Positions 9,169 to 16,848 of a stretch of 24,038 nt of DNA are shown in pieces. Each line of letters opens with the position of its first letter. Position 1 is the first letter of the stretch. The translations under genes were made by a program, and so were the position numbers. The stretch is taken from assembly GCA_903854365.1 (NCBI GenBank), contig CAINWE010000377.1:1-24038 (forward strand), read 5' to 3'. The stretch is from Oligoflexia bacterium. GTDB taxonomy: Bacteria; Bdellovibrionota; UBA1018. The notes under the pieces were generated by a model that saw only the letters and a list, made by a program, of their open reading frames with translations, was not told the DNA's origin and did not search any database.

Positions 9169-10548
9169 ATGGGGGCGTGTGGGGTGAATGACTTACTCGT
9201 CCTGATCATGGTGATGATCCTGGGGTGTGCGTGTGCAAAATCTAACCAGAATGCTGTGGTTTCTAGTGGGCTTCCGAACGGCACTACCTTGCCTACGATG
9301 ATTGGGGATAATGTATTGCGTTTGACGGTCGATGGCGATCAGTGTCTCTCTAGCCCCTCGACTGCGGCGAGTTCTGTGGTACCTCCTAACGCCCCCTGCG
9401 TCAGTGTCACGGTTTGTCCGCCGGGAACTAGTTCCTCCTCTGCCAGTCAATGCCAGGTGATTCCCGGCCTCTTGGTGGATACTGGGAGCGTGGGTCTAAG
9501 GGTCTTTAAGTCAGTGATGAATCATTCGCTTTTGAGTCAGCTGGTAAGTGTGGCGGCCCCCGCCGGGGGTATTGTTGCTGAGTGTGTCGGTTATGCGGAT
9601 GGTTCGGCCGATTGGGGGCCGATCGCCGAGGCGACCGTGTTTCTGGGCGGCGAGCCCGGGGTAAATACTCAAATCCAGCTGATTGATAGCACTTATGGTA
9701 CGGCGAGCGTGTGTGGCGGTAATTTGGATCAAGACCCAAGTCATTTGGGGTATAATGGAATTTTGGGGGTTGGGCTTTTTCCGCAAGATTGCGGGACTGC
9801 TTGTGAGAGTACGAATTCAACCCTCAATCCTGGGATGTATTTTTCTTGTTCGGGAACTCTCAGTACGGCCACGAATTGCAATACGACTCCTATTTCTCTC
9901 GCGGCTTCTCATCAAGTTCAAAACGTCATTGCTCATTTACCGGTCGATCCGAACACCGGTACCCAAGATAATAATGGAGTGGTCCTGATGCTGCCCAGTG
10001 TTTCTGCGAGCGGAGCTCCCGAGGTCGATGGGTATCTGATCTTAGGGGTTGCAACCCGGAGCAATAACACGCCGGCCAGTAACGTGGTAGCTTACCCGCC
10101 GGATCCATCGACTGGCAATATCACGGCAATGCTGAACGGCGTTGTCAATGAGGCTTTTATTGATAGCGGGTCCAGTTTTTATAATTTTGCTGCAGGTTCC
10201 TCGACTGGAAATTTGGCGGATTGCGGCAATTATAATAGCGCTTATTTACGCGCGGGCTACTACTGTCCTTTGAATAATGCGAATGCAGTGCAAAGTATTA
10301 GTCTGCCTATTTCGGGGTATAATGGTTCCCAGACCTCATTGATTTCTTTGCTGATGGGCAATCCACTCGATCTCATTGGGGTAAATGGAAATTTTGTCTT
10401 TGCAGATATCGCTACTGGCTCAAGCTTGAGTGGGATGGCTTCAAATACGGTCGATCTCGGCCTCCCCTTTTATCTAGGAAGAAATGTTTATCATGGCTAT
10501 GCGTTCAAGTCTTCTTCTCTAGGGTATGGGCCCTATTGGGCATTTTAG
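9169..10548 (+). CDS. DUF3443-family lipoprotein, predicted pepsin-like aspartic protease (paralogue 2)
   Basis: Colinear with paralogue 1. LVDTGS (Asp codon 9478), FIDSGS (Asp codon 10162), DNNG, NGILGVG, VDLGLPF, same C-terminal GPYWAF, lipobox ILGC. Start ATG 9169 (2 bp after the upstream stop) is uncertain; GTG 9184 is an alternative. Confidence 0.85.
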   Translation: MGACGVNDLLVLIMVMILGCACAKSNQNAVVSSGLPNGTTLPTMIGDNVLRLTVDGDQCLSSPSTAASSVVPPNAPCVSVTVCPPGTSSSSASQCQVIPGLLVDTGSVGLRVFKSVMNHSLLSQLVSVAAPAGGIVAECVGYADGSADWGPIAEATVFLGGEPGVNTQIQLIDSTYGTASVCGGNLDQDPSHLGYNGILGVGLFPQDCGTACESTNSTLNPGMYFSCSGTLSTATNCNTTPISLAASHQVQNVIAHLPVDPNTGTQDNNGVVLMLPSVSASGAPEVDGYLILGVATRSNNTPASNVVAYPPDPSTGNITAMLNGVVNEAFIDSGSSFYNFAAGSSTGNLADCGNYNSAYLRAGYYCPLNNANAVQSISLPISGYNGSQTSLISLLMGNPLDLIGVNGNFVFADIATGSSLSGMASNTVDLGLPFYLGRNVYHGYAFKSSSLGYGPYWAF

Positions 10549-11471
10549 TTGGCGCATTGTTGAATGACTATTTTCTCAGGAGTCTGGAGGTAACTTTCTT
10601 CGGCGAATTTGCAAGACACTCCGTCGCCGGGATTTTCCTCGACGAAATACCGCCGCCATGCAAACGGATTTGAAAAACGGAAGTTGAAAGGGAACCCAAT
10701 TCCCGGGGAGGCGGCCGTGGGTGTCGGTACGGCTGAGGATCGGGGACTCGGTGAGGGGCTCGGTTCGGGTCGAGGCGATGGGCTCGGTGAGGAACTGGAT
10801 GTAGGAGTGGGCGAAGGGCTCGGTGTGGGCGAGGGGGAGATCGTCGGCGTGGGCAAGCTGGGGGGCGCTCCGGGAGCGTTCTGTGGGGTAAGGTCGCGGG
10901 TCGTTTTGCCGAGGTTCCAAAACACAAATGCTCGAATCACCGGATAGTCAGGGTCCTTGCAGTCGACGTGGCCTTTGATTTCGATTAAGGCAGGAGTGGT
11001 GCAGTTGAGATTGCCAGCCCCGTCATTTTTAACACGGATTTGACCGCCATCGATGCTGAGAGCAAGATTTCCGCTGGGTGGGAACTCCCAGGTTGTAGCC
11101 AGGGAGGTGCGCGTTAGGCCCCGGACGTCGAGTGTGTTTTTTTTACAATCGACTTGAATCAATAAAGGTCTAAGTGACTCATTGAGCTCCAGGGAGTTTA
11201 GAGATGTCGGCGCGGTGACTAACTCGAGCGGTGAGGGTTGTGGCGGAGCGATATAGCCATGGGGACATTGACTGCCAAAGCTTGCGCTTCCCAAGACAGG
11301 AATGACGACGAGACGATTATCGGAAGAGGTTCTCCTCGAGTTCATGGGTTCTCTTTGGTCGGTGGGAGGTGGCGTAGATGGAGCAGGAGCCATCGAGTCC
11401 GAAGAGTCGCTGCCGCATCCGAGAATCGTCATGAGCAAGAATCCTGTGGATGACCATTTTCTAGTCTTCAT
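10545..11471 (-). CDS. Hypothetical lipoprotein with Pro/Ser/Thr-rich linker
   Basis: MKTRKWSSTGFLLMTILGC is a typical lipoprotein signal (start ATG 11471). Six further Cys and a ~60 aa PSPT-rich tract. No recognised family. Confidence 0.72.
   Translation of the reverse strand: MKTRKWSSTGFLLMTILGCGSDSSDSMAPAPSTPPPTDQREPMNSRRTSSDNRLVVIPVLGSASFGSQCPHGYIAPPQPSPLELVTAPTSLNSLELNESLRPLLIQVDCKKNTLDVRGLTRTSLATTWEFPPSGNLALSIDGGQIRVKNDGAGNLNCTTPALIEIKGHVDCKDPDYPVIRAFVFWNLGKTTRDLTPQNAPGAPPSLPTPTISPSPTPSPSPTPTSSSSPSPSPRPEPSPSPSPRSSAVPTPTAASPGIGFPFNFRFSNPFAWRRYFVEENPGDGVSCKFAEESYLQTPEKIVIQQCAN
10703..10888 (-). repeat. Low-complexity coding repeat (PSPTPSPSP...)
   Basis: Recurring GGGCTCGGT-type units on the + strand encode Pro-Ser/Thr repeats in the minus-strand lipoprotein. 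Confidence 0.8.
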
Positions 11472-11546
11472 TGTGATCCCGGACTGCAAGCGACAAGCCA
11501 AGCGCTGAGCTATTCCCTGAGCTCAATGCCCAAGATCAAGGGTCCC

Positions 11547-12845
11547 CTACTGAATTGGGCTGAGTTGGGCGAGGCGCGCAGTGTCTTCGATCATTCCTCG
11601 GATACTGACGGCGCCCGTATAATTACCCGCCAAGATTCGGCCGGGTTGCGAGCACCACCCGTCGCGTGCGAGATTCCAAGCGTGAACCAGGTTTTGGTCG
11701 TAGAGCGGGATTGCGTGTGGCCAATGTGTGATCGCATAATGCTCGATAGGCCCGCTCCATCCAAAGAGGGAATTTAATTCTGCTTCGATTGTGAGCAGTG
11801 TTGGTCGGTCGCGATCTAAGTGGAAATGGGAGGACTGAGTTTGAGTGAGCATGATGGTCAGCGAAATCCATTTCCCTGAGTCGAGCACTCGATGTTGAAA
11901 AGCACTCGAGTTGAAAAGAATGCCGAGGCATTTTCGGCCCTCCACTGCTGGCATTAAAACGCCGACTCCTTCGGGGATTAATTTGATGCGGCTCTTTTCT
12001 AAAAATACGGTAGCCGTTGAGAGAGAAGCCCATTGAAGTGCGTCGAGCGCTTGTGCGAGTTGAGGATCTGCAGAATTGAGGAGCTTGCTTGCTTGCGAAG
12101 GCGGCACTGCAAGAATGAGGTTGTCTGTTTTTGGGAGTTCACGAACGGGGTGATCAAGGTGAATGCGTTCGGGATGGCTCGCCATGAGATGATCTTTTAG
12201 GGATTGAATGAGGCTCTCCATCCCATTTTTTGGGGCCATCATTTTGGGCTTTGATCGAGATGACGTTGCGATGCGTTTTTTCAGGAAGTTCAATAGGAGG
12301 TGCGTAAACAGGGTTCGTCCCTGAGGTACGACGAGTGAGGGAAACGCCGCGTTGACTAGAATTTGATGGGGCGATGCTCCAAAAATACCTCGGAGCATAG
12401 GGCTGACCAGGTACTCGAGTGCTGGCTGCCCTAAATAGAGCTGCGTCCATTCGGCCAAGCTCAGCGGATGATCACTGCTGGAGCGGGCCCAAAAACTTCT
12501 GAACAGAGCGCGGATCGCTTCAGAAAAGGTCATGGGAAATTGTCGCATTTGCCCATTTCTGAGAATCCACCGCGCTCGAGAGTGAGGATTGACTTCGAGA
12601 AGTTCAATGCCGAGGTCGCCAAAAAGTTTTTCGACTTCTGGGGTGACCAAAAGTGAGTGAGCTGCTGCCTCTGTGATTCCGAGGGGTGTGGACTGGGTTT
12701 GAATAAGGCCGCCCCAGCGCGTACTTTCTTCATACAGGTGGACGTGATATCCAGCCCGGGTGAGGTAATAGCAGGCGAGAAGTCCGGAAACTCCTCCGCC
12801 GATGATCGTCACTTCACGAGAATTGGGATTGAGTTTACCGATCAT
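11547..12845 (-). CDS. hemY: FAD-dependent protoporphyrinogen oxidase (HemY/PgoX type)
   Basis: Rossmann IIGGGVSGL, E...RWGGLIQT, GIFGA, PKNGMESL, GVGVL, LGILFNS and WPHAIPLY. Start set to ATG 12845 (MIGKLNP), just before the dinucleotide-binding motif. Confidence 0.88.
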   Translation of the reverse strand: MIGKLNPNSREVTIIGGGVSGLLACYYLTRAGYHVHLYEESTRWGGLIQTQSTPLGITEAAAHSLLVTPEVEKLFGDLGIELLEVNPHSRARWILRNGQMRQFPMTFSEAIRALFRSFWARSSSDHPLSLAEWTQLYLGQPALEYLVSPMLRGIFGASPHQILVNAAFPSLVVPQGRTLFTHLLLNFLKKRIATSSRSKPKMMAPKNGMESLIQSLKDHLMASHPERIHLDHPVRELPKTDNLILAVPPSQASKLLNSADPQLAQALDALQWASLSTATVFLEKSRIKLIPEGVGVLMPAVEGRKCLGILFNSSAFQHRVLDSGKWISLTIMLTQTQSSHFHLDRDRPTLLTIEAELNSLFGWSGPIEHYAITHWPHAIPLYDQNLVHAWNLARDGWCSQPGRILAGNYTGAVSIRGMIEDTARLAQLSPIQ

Positions 12846-12950
12846 GGGCCATCTCTTCGAAATAGGGTACGTTGAAGGTGTATCTATCCGATTTCTTCGT
12901 TGTGTGCCATACTTGAATCTCAAAAAGAGCTGAGAAGGGAAAGGCCAAAC

Positions 12951-13463
12951 ATGAGTCTAGGCGTGATTCGAGGAATAAAGCTGAAATACAGAATCTTGTT
13001 TTTTTTGACCTTAGGCGTGGTCATCCTCGACCAGATCACCAAATCGATGATCCTCGAAAGGTTTGGTCTGGGTATGACGTTACCCATTATTCCCAATTAT
13101 TTTAACCTGACCTATGTTCAAAACCGCGGGGCAGCTTTTGGTTTTCTTGCACAGACGGATCCAGCGTTTCGGGTGCCATTTTTCATTGTAGTGCCGACCT
13201 TGGCGCTGGTCTCCATTGCGCTCGTATTTCGGAGGCTGGCAGATCGAGATCTCAAAATGGCATCGGCGTTGTCGTTAGTTGTGGCTGGCGCCTTAGGGAA
13301 CTTAATCGACCGCTTTGTTTTGGGTTTTGTGGTCGATTTCTTAGATTTTCATTGGCACTGGGGTTATCATTTTCCCGCATTCAACGTGGCAGATTCAGCG
13401 ATCTGCATTGGCGTAGGATTGCTAATGTTGGATTGGTTTAAACAAGAGAAGCAGTTAGACTGA
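12951..13463 (+). CDS. lspA: Lipoprotein signal peptidase II
   Basis: LDQITK, NRGAAFG, GALGNLIDRF, VVDFLD and PAFNVADSAI (catalytic Asp pair). Start at ATG 12951 is inferred. Confidence 0.95.
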   Translation: MSLGVIRGIKLKYRILFFLTLGVVILDQITKSMILERFGLGMTLPIIPNYFNLTYVQNRGAAFGFLAQTDPAFRVPFFIVVPTLALVSIALVFRRLADRDLKMASALSLVVAGALGNLIDRFVLGFVVDFLDFHWHWGYHFPAFNVADSAICIGVGLLMLDWFKQEKQLD

Positions 13464-13484
13464 GGCGAAAAGGAGCAAAGTTCG

Positions 13485-14330
13485 ATGCATCCAGAGCTAC
13501 TCAAAATTGGTCCCTTCCCTATTCATACCTATGGTTTTTTGATTGCCATCGGCTTTATTGTGGCTGCAGAAGTTCTTAGGGTGCTGTCGATTCGAGCCAA
13601 ACTCGATACCGAACGCGTCCTAGAAGCGGCTTATTGGAGTCTGTTGGTCGGATTATTGGGTGCTCGAGTTCTCTTTGTGATCACTCAATTGAGAGAGTTT
13701 TCTCATGATCCGCTCGGGATTTTTAGAATCTGGGAGGGAGGCCTCGTCTTTTTAGGCGGCCCGATCTTTGTCATCCCTTTTCTCATTTGGTATTTGCGCA
13801 AATATAAAGTCCCGATTTGGCCGCTTTTTGATATTGCAGCTCCTGCTCTAGCTATCGGACATGCGTTTGGACGGTTGGGTTGTTTGGCTGCGGGCTGTTG
13901 CTATGGCAAACCGACGGGGACTGCTTTTGGGGTGAGGTTGTACTCCAATATTGTCGAGCCTCACCTTCAAGGAATTCCGCTTCACCCGACCCAGCTCTAT
14001 GAGGCCGGATCGCTCCTGGTGCTTTTCTTTGGGCTGCTTTGGCTTCTGCGGCGCAAGGTGTTTGAAGGTCAGGTGGCACTTGCTTATCTGATTGCCTATC
14101 CCGTCATTCGCAGTATCATCGAAGTGTTTCGGGGAGATCTAGTGCGGGGTTTCGTCATTGATGATGTTCTTTCGACGAGTCAGTTCATTTCTATTTTTGT
14201 TTTTCTCGGTGCCGTTTGCGCATTGATTTTTCGACTCAGACAAGTGCAGTCGGAGGGGTTAGAGGGGCTTAAGCAAGGGCTTCAGAATCAAAAAACGGGA
14301 GGTTCCCCGTCTATGCTGGAGACCAAATGA
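13485..14330 (+). CDS. lgt: Prolipoprotein diacylglyceryl transferase
   Basis: TYG, LLGAR, IWEGGLVFLGG, GRLGC..GCCYG, HPTQLYE and R...EVFRGD. Confidence 0.94.
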   Translation: MHPELLKIGPFPIHTYGFLIAIGFIVAAEVLRVLSIRAKLDTERVLEAAYWSLLVGLLGARVLFVITQLREFSHDPLGIFRIWEGGLVFLGGPIFVIPFLIWYLRKYKVPIWPLFDIAAPALAIGHAFGRLGCLAAGCCYGKPTGTAFGVRLYSNIVEPHLQGIPLHPTQLYEAGSLLVLFFGLLWLLRRKVFEGQVALAYLIAYPVIRSIIEVFRGDLVRGFVIDDVLSTSQFISIFVFLGAVCALIFRLRQVQSEGLEGLKQGLQNQKTGGSPSMLETK

Positions 14331-14998
14331 CTTTTGGATTGCTCTCTAGCGCTTGGCCAGGGCTTTTATTTGGGTTTTGTTTTTTCATTGGGGCGATTCC
14401 CTTTGGACTGCTGATCGCGCGAGTATTTAAGATCAAGGAGTTTCGAAGAACGCTTCCTCAAGCCGCTTCACGGCCTCATCTGGCAGAAGTAGCCGGCATC
14501 TGGCCGGCTGGGATTTTGAGCGTTCTTCTTGATTTTGCAAAAGGTGTCTTGACCCTCGTGTTGTTGACACCGGTAGGTTATCGGTTCCTATCTAAATTTA
14601 TAGGAGCAACCGGAGAGCTGAGTGGGCTTGAAGAAAGTATAACCCTGAGTTGGGCTGCCGGATTTTTCACTGTTTTAGGGCACTGTTTGTCTCCGTGGCT
14701 ACAGTTTCGTGGAGGCAAAGGCGTTGCGATTGTTTTTGGGGTCATTACAGTACTCTCTCCTCTTGCATCACTCTTGGGTTTGATCGCTTTTTGCTTAGCA
14801 TTGATTTATTCTCGTTTGATCTCTTTGGCCAGTATAGTGGGGTTGATGAGTGCAAGTGTGACCTATTTGGTTTTGAATCCAGTTGGAACGCAGCTTTGGG
14901 TAGGGGCAGTGATGATTTTTCTTGTGTTACTGCGTCACGAAGCCAATATCGATGCGCTTCTTGAGCAACGTGAGCCAAAATTCGTTCCTAAGTTTTAA
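14327..14998 (+). CDS. plsY: PlsY-family glycerol-3-phosphate acyltransferase homologue (degenerate motif 1)
   Basis: GAIPFG, LDFAKG, LGH, FRGGKGVA (motif 2) and RHEANI (motif 3) are present. GSGNxGxTNxxR (motif 1) is absent. Confidence 0.78.
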   Translation: MTFGLLSSAWPGLLFGFCFFIGAIPFGLLIARVFKIKEFRRTLPQAASRPHLAEVAGIWPAGILSVLLDFAKGVLTLVLLTPVGYRFLSKFIGATGELSGLEESITLSWAAGFFTVLGHCLSPWLQFRGGKGVAIVFGVITVLSPLASLLGLIAFCLALIYSRLISLASIVGLMSASVTYLVLNPVGTQLWVGAVMIFLVLLRHEANIDALLEQREPKFVPKF

Positions 14999-14999
14999 A

Positions 15000-15887
15000 A
15001 TGTTGTTTTTCCTGGCGGCGGCTTTGATTGTAAGTACTCCAGTTTGCCACGCACAAGGGGTGATCGACGCGTTCGGAGTGCAAGTCGAGCTGGTGAGCCG
15101 GCCTCGCCGTATTGTTACCTTGGCACCGTCGCTCGGCGAAATGGTCGCCGAACTTTTGGGTAAGGACCTTAGCAGAATCGTAGGGGTCTCTGATAGAACG
15201 GACTTTCCGGCGAAATTAAAGCAAGCAACCTCAGTGGGGCCTTATCATCGCTTCAATGTCGAGAGTGTTCTGGCTCTCAGGCCAGACCTGGTTTTGGCGA
15301 CTGCAGACGGAAATCCGAGAGATCGGGTTTTAAGGCTGAGAGAATTGGGGCTGCCAGTATTAGTGACTCAGCAAACGAATCTTTCTGATATTGAGAGCAC
15401 TCTGCTCTTAGTGGCGCGAAGTCTTGGGTTGATCGAGCGAGGGAAGCAATTGGCTCAGGAATTTCGCCAAGGTATCGGGGAAATCGAGAGAAAATTCAAA
15501 TCTGAACATTCATTGCGAGTGCTCATGCAATTGGGAGATGATCCCCTGATTGTCGTCGGGTCAGATTCTTTCTTGGGGGATTGTTTAAGGCGACTAGGTG
15601 TCGTCAACGTTTACGCCGGCGCATCGCAGGCATATCCGCGTCCTGCTCGCGAAGATGTCGTCTCAAAAAATCCAGATGTAGTCGTGATCCTATCTTTTGA
15701 TGAGAATTTGAAAAGAAATGAGGAGATCCGAAGCAAATGGTTAGCTTTCAAGGGCTTGAATGCAGTAAAAACTGGTCAGGTTCATCTGGTACAAATGGAT
15801 GAGTTGCTCCGGCCGACTCCACGAATTCTAGAGGGATTACAGACACTCGGTAAAAAAATATATGGCAAGTCAGAGAATCTCCGTTAA
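15000..15887 (+). CDS. ABC transporter substrate-binding protein, BtuF-like helical-backbone family (cobalamin/heme/iron-chelate)
   Basis: Signal peptide after ATG 15000. RIVTLAPSLGE, GVSDRTDFP, ESVLALRPDLV, EDVVSKNPDVVV and LLRPTPRI. Confidence 0.85.
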   Translation: MLFFLAAALIVSTPVCHAQGVIDAFGVQVELVSRPRRIVTLAPSLGEMVAELLGKDLSRIVGVSDRTDFPAKLKQATSVGPYHRFNVESVLALRPDLVLATADGNPRDRVLRLRELGLPVLVTQQTNLSDIESTLLLVARSLGLIERGKQLAQEFRQGIGEIERKFKSEHSLRVLMQLGDDPLIVVGSDSFLGDCLRRLGVVNVYAGASQAYPRPAREDVVSKNPDVVVILSFDENLKRNEEIRSKWLAFKGLNAVKTGQVHLVQMDELLRPTPRILEGLQTLGKKIYGKSENLR

Positions 15888-16848
15888 AAAGACGAACCGT
15901 CGTTTTTTTGCGTATTTTTGGTCGATTTTGATTTTGGTTCTCGTGATTTTAATCGCGTTGCGTTGGGGAGCTTCTGTTGCTGCCTGGGAAGTAGTGCTAG
16001 ATTTACGAGTGCCGCGGGTGCTGCTGGCTTTAGGGGTAGGAATGGGCTTAGCTGTTGGGGGTGCCGTTCTGCAGGTTTTGTTTAGTAATCCGCTTTGTGA
16101 ACCTTATATTTTGGGCATTTCTTCAGGCTCTGCGGTGGGTGTGGTCATCGGGCTATCTTCAGGTCTCAGTTGGAATTTCGGTGGTCTTGTCGGGACGTCG
16201 TTTTTAGGGGCACTGGCCTTTGCTGGGGTACTGTATTGGGCCTCTCATCGCATTCATCGGTCCGGGCTAGGGAAGGGGCGATCTGTTTTGCTCCTGATTG
16301 GCGTGATGCTCGGATTTTTGGGGAACAGTTTATTAGCGCTGTGGCTTGCATTAGGAGACCCAACTGAAATTCAGAATGCGTCTACGTGGTTTTTTGGTGA
16401 TCTTTCGCGAGCTCGACTTTCTGGAGCGATCATTGTTGTGACCCTAGTTGTTGTGATTTGTGCTGCAATTTGTTCATGGTCAAGCCAATTGGATGCGCTG
16501 CTTCTGGGAGAAGAGGAAGCAAGTGCAATCGGGGTCGATGTTCAGCTCATGCAAAAAACACTCATTGGATTGACTTCAATCTTGGTAGGGCTTTGTGTCA
16601 GCGGAGGTGGAGTGATTGGATTTGTGGGGCTTTTAGTTCCTCATGGAGTGAGACGGTGGGTCGGCGCCTCTCATCGAGATTTGCTGCCTCTCTGCGCTCT
16701 ATGGGGCGCGATTGCTTTGGTATTTGCAGATTGGGTTTCGCGTTGGCTATGGAGACCTTACGAGCTACCTGTTGGCGTGGTCACCGCTCTCGTCGGTGCG
16801 CCTTGTTTGATCGGAATTTTACTTCGAGATGTCCGGGAGGTGGATTGA
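15862..16848 (+). CDS. FecCD/BtuC-family ABC permease
   Basis: LRVPR, LQVLFSNPLCEPYILGISSG, LLLGEEEASAIGVD, IGFVGLLVPH and ELPVGVVTALVGAP. Confidence 0.92.
   Translation: MASQRISVKKTNRRFFAYFWSILILVLVILIALRWGASVAAWEVVLDLRVPRVLLALGVGMGLAVGGAVLQVLFSNPLCEPYILGISSGSAVGVVIGLSSGLSWNFGGLVGTSFLGALAFAGVLYWASHRIHRSGLGKGRSVLLLIGVMLGFLGNSLLALWLALGDPTEIQNASTWFFGDLSRARLSGAIIVVTLVVVICAAICSWSSQLDALLLGEEEASAIGVDVQLMQKTLIGLTSILVGLCVSGGGVIGFVGLLVPHGVRRWVGASHRDLLPLCALWGAIALVFADWVSRWLWRPYELPVGVVTALVGAPCLIGILLRDVREVD

Noticed and set aside
10703-10888. Possible CRISPR or VNTR array
   Set aside because: Units are short, degenerate and in-frame coding, with no repeat-spacer structure and no cas genes.
10568-10947. 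Several 112-119 aa ORFs over the GC-rich repeat
   Set aside because: By-products of the stop-poor Pro/Ser codon tract of the lipoprotein.
12846-12950. Overlapping long starts for hemY (12923) and lspA (12900)
   Set aside because: Downstream ATGs (12845 and 12951) fit family lengths and leave a normal divergent intergenic region.
14922-14999. Upstream extension of the binding-protein ORF
   Set aside because: Overlaps plsY. The signal peptide begins at ATG 15000, right after the plsY stop.
16458-16844. N-terminal 129-aa extension of the ABC ATPase ORF
   Set aside because: Overlaps the permease in another frame and is compositionally implausible. A TTG start with GGAGG exists at 16845.
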